In this document: positions 57,301-64,000 of the stretch, in pieces | Numbering within the stretch: position 1 is the first letter of the stretch | How the letters are laid out: each line of letters opens with the position of its first letter | Origin: Bugula neritina | Taxonomy: Eukaryota; Animalia; Bryozoa | Assembly: GCA_964035545.1 (NCBI GenBank) | Contig: OZ037767.1 | Location: 28,102,628-28,166,627, forward strand | DNA: 64,000 nt | Direction of reading: 5' to 3' | The notes under the pieces: generated by a model | What the model saw: only the letters and a program-made list of their open reading frames with translations | What the model was told of the DNA's origin: nothing | Databases searched by the model: none | Made by a program: the position numbers and the translations under genes

Positions 57301-58831
57301 CAAATAAGCTGTCACAGTCCTTAGAAAATACATATTCACATAATCCTATATGATTTACTCCAAGCTCAAATTTGAAATTAACGCACAAAAACCTTCCCTC
57401 TGTTCTTATTAATTACCCAAATGTTTGCAAACCAGAAATGTCTTGTGCTACAAATTTCGCTGTCTAAATGTGTCAGCCATTTTGATGCCGTTTTCCTTCA
57501 ATAGCTGTGTTTTCTCGTAAACATCTCAATATGAACCAACCTTCACTCTGTTTAGCCTGTAATCTCAAGCTTTTAATCAGCTCTGCAAGCAAACTATACA
57601 CGAATGTTAAAACTCTTTTGAACTATAAAATTAGCAGTCAAATTTTAGTGCTTTATAAGCACATCTGACTATACCAAGATTGCTCGCTGATAGTTTACTA
57701 GAAACAGTTGATACATAGATCAGAAAAGTGTCAAAAATCTCATGTCAAGAGTCTCTATAATATAATATAGCTTAGCAAGTTGAACTTAGATTTCTAGACT
57801 AACGAGTATGAAAATATCCCACAGGAACGGAACAACCCTTCATTAAGATAAATGTCTACATGCCTGTCAATTATAATACTCTATAACAAAGTCAAGTCTA
57901 CCTATATCTGCTCCAGTTTCTCTCTTTAAAACCATGAAGTGAGATCTTGCAGGCAATATAATTGAGTAATTTGCTATTTATTAGTCAATTTAGATTACAC
58001 TCTGCAGTCTACAATATAGGACCTATGAATAATTCTAACATAATAGCCATAAGGAACCCTCAGAGAAACTATTTCATTGGTTGCAACAAATATAATATGA
58101 AATTGTAAGCAAAGGCATGAGCTATTTAGGGTATTGAAGTGGCTTGAAAGTTTACCATAGTCACTTCCTACCTAACCCATGCACTTGAGTTAATATGACT
58201 GAAAACAACTGCAAAAATGTACAATAAATATACAAGTGAGATTTCCTTGCAGCCAATCAGAATTAGGTATGTTAATAGTAGAAAACCAGGTTTTTCGCTA
58301 ATTTTAGAGGAAAACTTGGATCTAGAGGAAAGAATGGCGGCTACTTTGAACGTCCATGATGAGACAGAGGAGGAGGATGGGGTGAGTGAGTCAGAAGATG
58401 CAGGCGAGTATGTAGAGAGAGCAGACGGATATGAAGAGAGAGCAGAAGGATATGTAGAGAGAGCAGACGGATATGAAGAGAGAGCAGAAGGATATGTAGA
58501 GAGAGCAGAAGGATATGTAGAGAGAGCAGACGGATATGAAGAGAGAGCAGAAGGATATGTAGAGAGAGCAGACGGATATGAAGAGAGAGCAGACGGATAT
58601 GAAGAGAGAGCAGAAGGATATGAAGAAAGAGCAGATAAATCCGATGACAAGGTAGATGAGTACGATGACAAGGTAGATGAGTACGATGACTTCCACGAGG
58701 AATATTCTGACGACACTTTCACGTCGTTATCAGATGAAATCTGGCAGTCCATTTCCACGCCAACCATGAGTGGAGATCAGCAGATCCAGGAGATGGCAAG
58801 AGAACTGGAACCGAAGACTGACATTTCATAA
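51356..58831 (+). CDS. Nested gene 3: type I membrane protein with SUEL-like domain, Pro/Thr stalk, TM and long acidic Tyr-repeat tail
   Basis: Exons 51356-51410 (MEILNIIILLSSVCYSHT), 53534-53722, 55037-55249 (NKCEGKNVC...RKCPEIGTKYF...LDC), 55450-55581, 56297-56491 (TM + YCC), 56895-57128 and 58308-58831 (heptad repeats, stop). All GT-AG, phase 1; paralogous to gene 4 exon for exon. The last exon is less certain. Confidence 0.82.
53750..54515. repeat. 15 bp minisatellite, ~50 copies
   Basis: Unit cacacagtagggtat with variants; lies in the intron splitting the Cys domain of nested gene 3. Confidence 0.95.
58409..58639 (+). repeat. Coding 21 bp repeat x11 (Y[E/V]ERA[D/E]G)
   Basis: 231 nt = 11 x 21 nt, in frame within ORF 58217-58831. 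Confidence 0.9.
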
Positions 58832-59738
58832 AGTAGAGCCCAACTAATGAAACACCATGTTTCTATATTGAACATGAACACAGACAGCACAGAAACAATG
58901 CGACAGCCACTCAACTCAATGGTGTCTGGTCAACAGTCCCTGTAGAATTCCTGCATCAAGTTATGTAATACAGAGTCTAAGAAGTTTATAATTATGGCTC
59001 TTCGTGACCTACAATATGCTTGGCAAAATTGAAACAGAATCAATAACCATTAGGCACAAATTAGATGCTATTATACACTGGAAATAGTGACTGTCAGCAT
59101 ATATGCTTGAGCTCTGGTGGTACTAACTTGTATACAATTTCAAATTACTGTATACGTATATTAAATCAGTATAAGTATTTTTCATAGTTCTATTAGACTA
59201 CAAGTAAGTTACTTTAAGTTGATGAGGTTGTGTTATAATCTTTGTAGTATAGTAACTTACTGCAACACCGTAACAGTTGTTTACTTACTCTTAGTTATAT
59301 GTTATAATATGTAAACTTATTTTACTTGATACCTCTGAAGGAGCTTGCTTGCACTTACTAATTTTATTGTTTAACAAAATCAACGGTTGGGTAAGTAATG
59401 AAAACTTGCATATGATTTAAGATATAAATGTAACATTAACATAGCCATAATTACTGTTACGGATGTTATGCTCTAAAGTTTATGTTACATTATTTAAGTG
59501 TATATAACATCATAGTATTTATTATCATGGTCCTTATAAGATCAAATAAACTCCACGTCTACCCTGATTAATTACTTTTACGTGAATTACTGAAAAAGAA
59601 CTATGAATTATGTAGCTATAGAACCAGTTGGGTTTATCACTACTGCAAATCTTGAACTGCAGGAAACAGGTAAAGCCTATACACACACTAGCATTACAAT
59701 ACTGGAACATAATAGTGTATGTCATAGAAAAAAGTGAC

Positions 59739-59752
59739 GTTTCCATGGCGAC
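59739..59752 (+). promoter_or_regulatory. RFX X-box candidate upstream of nested gene 4
   Basis: GTTTCCATGGCGAC matches the RTHNYYWTRRNRAC consensus exactly, ~230 bp before ATG 59985; it overlaps TGACGT. Confidence 0.5.
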
Positions 59753-59984
59753 GAAAATTTATGAATTCACTGCTTAAGGATAGATTGGTTATCGTAATTC
59801 TATGTGCAGGAGATTTAGTGTAGACACACTCCAGTTCGTGGCTGAAATATCTACGGCTAGGGTGTGGTTCACTTGTACAACTAATTTACTTAATTTACAT
59901 CTTCGACCTGATTTAAATTAGCCAGACTTGGATTATATAATAAACTGTATGCATGCATCGTACCAAACAGTTGTGTAACAGATC

Positions 59985-62900
59985 ATGGCGTGTAAAATAA
60001 TGCTGACCGCTGCCGGATTACTCATCACCCTGTCCATTGACCCTACAGAGTCGTGTAAGTATTGTAGCACTTCATCTAAACCTAACCTTAGAGTTATTGT
60101 ATATAACGAAACTCAAGAAAGTAACACCCTGTGTTTTGACAATCCGCGTGAGCTCCCAGTCTAACTAAGCAATTATATTGACAGACTTGCTGTGAGCATG
60201 TATTTCTATCTGGATGCTGAGATTATATAAGATTATTAGATACGAGATAAAATTGCATGTCACAACAATTCCCACTTTTCTGACATATTCTATTGTATTT
60301 GCTGCCACATTTTATTGTATTTGCTGCCACATTTTATTGTATTTTCTGACATATTCTATTGTATAACTATTGAATTGTTGTTGCGCAGTTGTGACTGGAG
60401 GGTTCAACTTAGTGGGCTGCCAAGGCAAGAACATACGGCAGCAGAAGTGCGGTGCAAGCAGCGCAGTGTATAACGTACAGTCTATTACCGTGCTCACCTC
60501 CTCTGATGTCAACTACATTAAAAATATTTCCAAGATAAGTAACAGGTGCCAGGTGGCAGAGCAGTGCAGAAGAACTATTCATAGTAAGTACCAGCGCAGC
60601 CCTAAAGTTTGCAGATCAACACAAGTGAGGAATTAGCTAACATGCTTGGCACGTGAATACAACTTTGTGTGCTGTTTCTTGAAGTAAACCCACCAATAGG
60701 TGTAAGGTTAAACTTGAAAAGTCTCTCAATACCTGACTAACTAAGGGTTCAAAACTCCTATTTTCATAAGTTGAGTTAGGGGGGGATAACTAATGACAGA
60801 AGTAGGGGTGGGCGTAGTGTAGCCCCAAACAATAGGCACTCATTTTATAAGATATAAATCTGTAGAGTATAATAACTCTTCATCAGAAATGTGCATCAGA
60901 TCTTGTAAGACTAAATTGAATTTGCAGAGTTGTGGTAGTCTTAGGAAAGCAATGTTTCAGTTGTCTTAGTGTTCATGGTACAGAAGGCTAATAGAATGAA
61001 TATAGAGACTTCCATTTGTGGGTGTAACACTACGTCTAGTAGTAGGTATTATAGTACGATATCTAGAAGAAATTACACTATTAAATATATCTAATACTAA
61101 AACATGAAAAATATACTTTGTAAAAAACTTATCAATAGACTTAAAAAAATACAAAATGCTTATATAATAAAAAGTATAACACTATATATAATGATATTAT
61201 TGTAATAGAACTAGTAAAGTATAGCAATAGACAGCGTATAACCCAAACTATCATAAATTAATTTAGTAAGAAGAATAGCAAACTATTGAGTAGAAAGTAT
61301 AAAATAGTAGAAGTAGTACTGCATGGGCACAAATTAACAACTGGCATTTAATTTGTGGAAAGAGAAACTACACAATATTCTCATAGGTGCGGGAGACTCA
61401 GGACTATCAGAGGAGTACCGCCATCTATTCAACTGGATACTTCACAAGTGTAACGGTAAGAAAACATGTGATGCAAACGCAACTATGCCAGAGTGGTGGA
61501 GAATAGCAGAAGACGATACTAACTGTGGAAATGGAAGAATACAACACATAGTAGGAGCTATAATAGACGTCCAGTGCAGAGGTGAGTACATGTCACATGT
61601 GGTTACTGCCTCACATACTTCACAATGACAACATATCTAAATCCGACAGCTATATCAAAGTTCAAGTATATGACTTTAGAAATTGTCTTCTCATGAACCA
61701 TAAAATGAGGTGGTCGGTACGTTGTGATTGGCCAGAGCATCCTATATCCACACACAAGTTTATCTACGGATATTGATCTCCATCCAGGTATGCAGTACTA
61801 GGTTATAACAATCTAATGCACCTTTACAGTTGGAGAAACAATACCCACATTCCTACCGCCAATAGACACAACTCCAAAGACCAGACCAACTACACCGACA
61901 ACAACCACGCCATTTCCTGTGTATGTGGATGTATACATGCCTGGACTGGAAGGGAGAGAGAGTAAGTAAACTCATTTAATGCTACTTGTGTGATCAATGA
62001 TATGTGTGATAGGACTATTGTCTGGCAGTGATGTAATACCAATAAACAATAAACCGTTCTATATTAGGAATATATAGATAAATTTTATAGCATTGTAACA
62101 AATTTTCTAAATCAATCTTAACAATCTGCCAAAAATACTCACTTGTAAATTTAAACTTTGCTGAAGTTCATAACGGTTTTTTGTGAAAACAAGAGATGAG
62201 AGAATGACTATGAGTATGTAAGAGAGCATGTAGAGGGGTGAATAAGAGCAGAGGGGGGCAGAAGGGTGGATAACAGCAGAGGAGATAGAGGGGTGGACAA
62301 AAATACACATGAAGAGAACTATGCTTGCAGCCCTCTGTTAGACCATAAGATTCAGACTCCTAGCTCTGTCTTTTCTAGACATTCTATAATCTACTTATAA
62401 TGAGAATATATATTAGCCCTTGCATAGCAATTAGTTCTGGAGATAGATTACATGAATGTAATAGATTTATACTAGCTACTAATCTGAATGTATAAAGATG
62501 TCATCCTTAATAGTCTTATCTCTAAAATCTCACTTAAAGTAAAGAATGTCTACTCAGTAATAAGATTAGAATACTAATACACAAGAGTTAGAGGATGTTG
62601 TCTTTACAGTTTATACAGACTCTGGTGACTCTCTGAATATGCAGAGACAGTAACTCACACAAGCTAGTACTGTCTATTCACTTAGCTCTAAATACTTGAA
62701 CTATGTAACTATTGATTAGTTGGAAAAATATGCAATTCACAAATTTAGGGAGTTATGTTGTCCTGGATTATGTTGCCTGTTGTGTTACTATCACCACATT
62801 TCCACCATTGCATTATGCCAATGGATTTGTGATTGCCTAATGGAAACTGTTACATCGAAGGAAATCACAACCATAAGTTAATGCAAACTGGGCATCCATT

Positions 62901-63908
62901 CGCATAATGACAGTCATGGAAACAGAGTGTATTTGCAGAGAGTGCAGTAGCTGATGGGAAATGAAAACAGCAGTTGATTGAGCACATTTACTTGTAGAGA
63001 TCATACTGGGAGTTGCGATAGCCTTGGCCATAGCAATACTAATATTCCTACTCATAGTGTTATACTGCTGCGAGAGTTACAGAAATCACAGGAAGTTTGC
63101 TAAGCTGCTGCGAATGCTGGGAGCCCCTCAAGCCCAAGACGACAATTTTGATGACTTTGAGGATTATGGGAAATCAGATGCATGGAGAGAGGAAACAGAT
63201 GCTAGTAAGTGCTTTTTGAAATACAGAAATAGAAATACTAACTGAATAATGGTGAATAGATGTCACATGAATTGTCTTTCCCTGGTAAATCTGCATTATT
63301 CGGGCCTTCAAACAGTAGATACAGTTTATATGGTCATAGAAATTACTCCAGTCAAATCGGAATAGATAGGAAAAGTAAAAACAGCTCAGTGAATTTGAGA
63401 AAATATAATACTACTTAGTCAACCTATTGTCTCTGGAAATGTCGTTTGTTAGAAGTTTACAAAATCTCAGACTAAGCCTACACCTGGCATGACATCACTG
63501 TGTCTATACACTGCGTAACTGTCAACTCCTAACATTATACACCACCATAATATTCTAAATGTTATTCTTTAGTGTGCAAAGTATGTCTGCTACACACACT
63601 ACCTCAACTCCCTTTTTAGATACTAAAATTACCTGTACAGAGAAATGTTTATGTATTCTTATTACTTAATACAGACTTCAAAGACTTAGGAGAGTACACT
63701 GGAGTCAAACCCAATGAGTTTCTAACCCTCGACAAGAAGGCCATGGAGAGTTCAGGGCAGATAATGTACGACACTCAGATGAGCACAATGACTACTGGCA
63801 GGGGAAACAGTTGCTCTACTATCAGTAGAAGCAGGATGTCTTCCCACCCCCCAACCAGTCCCATACACACCAACTATGGCTATAGTGAGGCACTAGACTA
63901 TGAGACGG
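59985..63908 (+). CDS. Nested gene 4: paralog of gene 3 (probably continues beyond the window)
   Basis: Exons 59985-60054 (MACKIMLTAAGLLITLSIDPTES), 60389-60583, 61387-61581 (HKCNGKKTC...TNC...VQC), 61830-61961 (DTTPKTRPTTPT...LEGRE), 62998-63204 (TM) and 63675-63908 (LGEYTGVKPNEFLT..., ending at a phase-1 GT donor, or read-through stop at 63911-63913). Confidence 0.83.
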
Positions 63909-64000
63909 GTTAGTTGCTTTCCTGCAATTCTACAAACTGTATTGACGTAATATATCATGTAAATACTTACTTAATTTGGATTTATCTTATCCCGTCTTAA

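Noticed and set aside
57798-57851. Segment reading TNEYENIPQERNNPSLR* (YENI SH2-type motif) after an AG
   Set aside because: It needs a phase-0 donor but the upstream exon ends in phase 1, which would give D-stop; not supportable without transcripts.
58168-58767. Minus-strand 199 aa ORF (SALSSYP)n
   Set aside because: Antisense shadow of the coding 21 bp repeat in gene 3.

Overview
AT-rich, intron-rich animal (invertebrate-like) genomic DNA; no prokaryotic features. (1) 86-24912 (+): the 3' ~45 exons of CFAP47, with the 5' end upstream of the window. (2) 25522-29668 (-): the last 8 exons of the ASCC3 helicase (Sec63 region), convergent with CFAP47. I found no further ASCC3 exon between 29669 and 64000, so this stretch appears to be one >34 kb intron. 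(3) Inside it, on the opposite (+) strand, lies a tandem family of four genes built by hand from splice sites. Each encodes signal peptide + divergent 8-Cys SUEL/rhamnose-binding-lectin-like domain (split over two exons) + Thr/Pro mucin stalk, with every intron in phase 1. Their C-termini differ: a GPI-like or secreted end (gene 1), TM + short tail (gene 2), and TM + long Tyr-rich tail (genes 3 and 4). Gene 3 ends in an array of 11 Y[E/V]ERA[D/E]G heptads. Genes 3 and 4 have diverged ectodomains but conserved TM and tail, and both have RFX X-box matches ~200 bp upstream. Also present: an elongator tRNA-Met, several MITE-like inverted-repeat elements and many minisatellites. The nested receptor cluster is the best candidate for an undescribed system. 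All gene models are manual predictions without transcript support.
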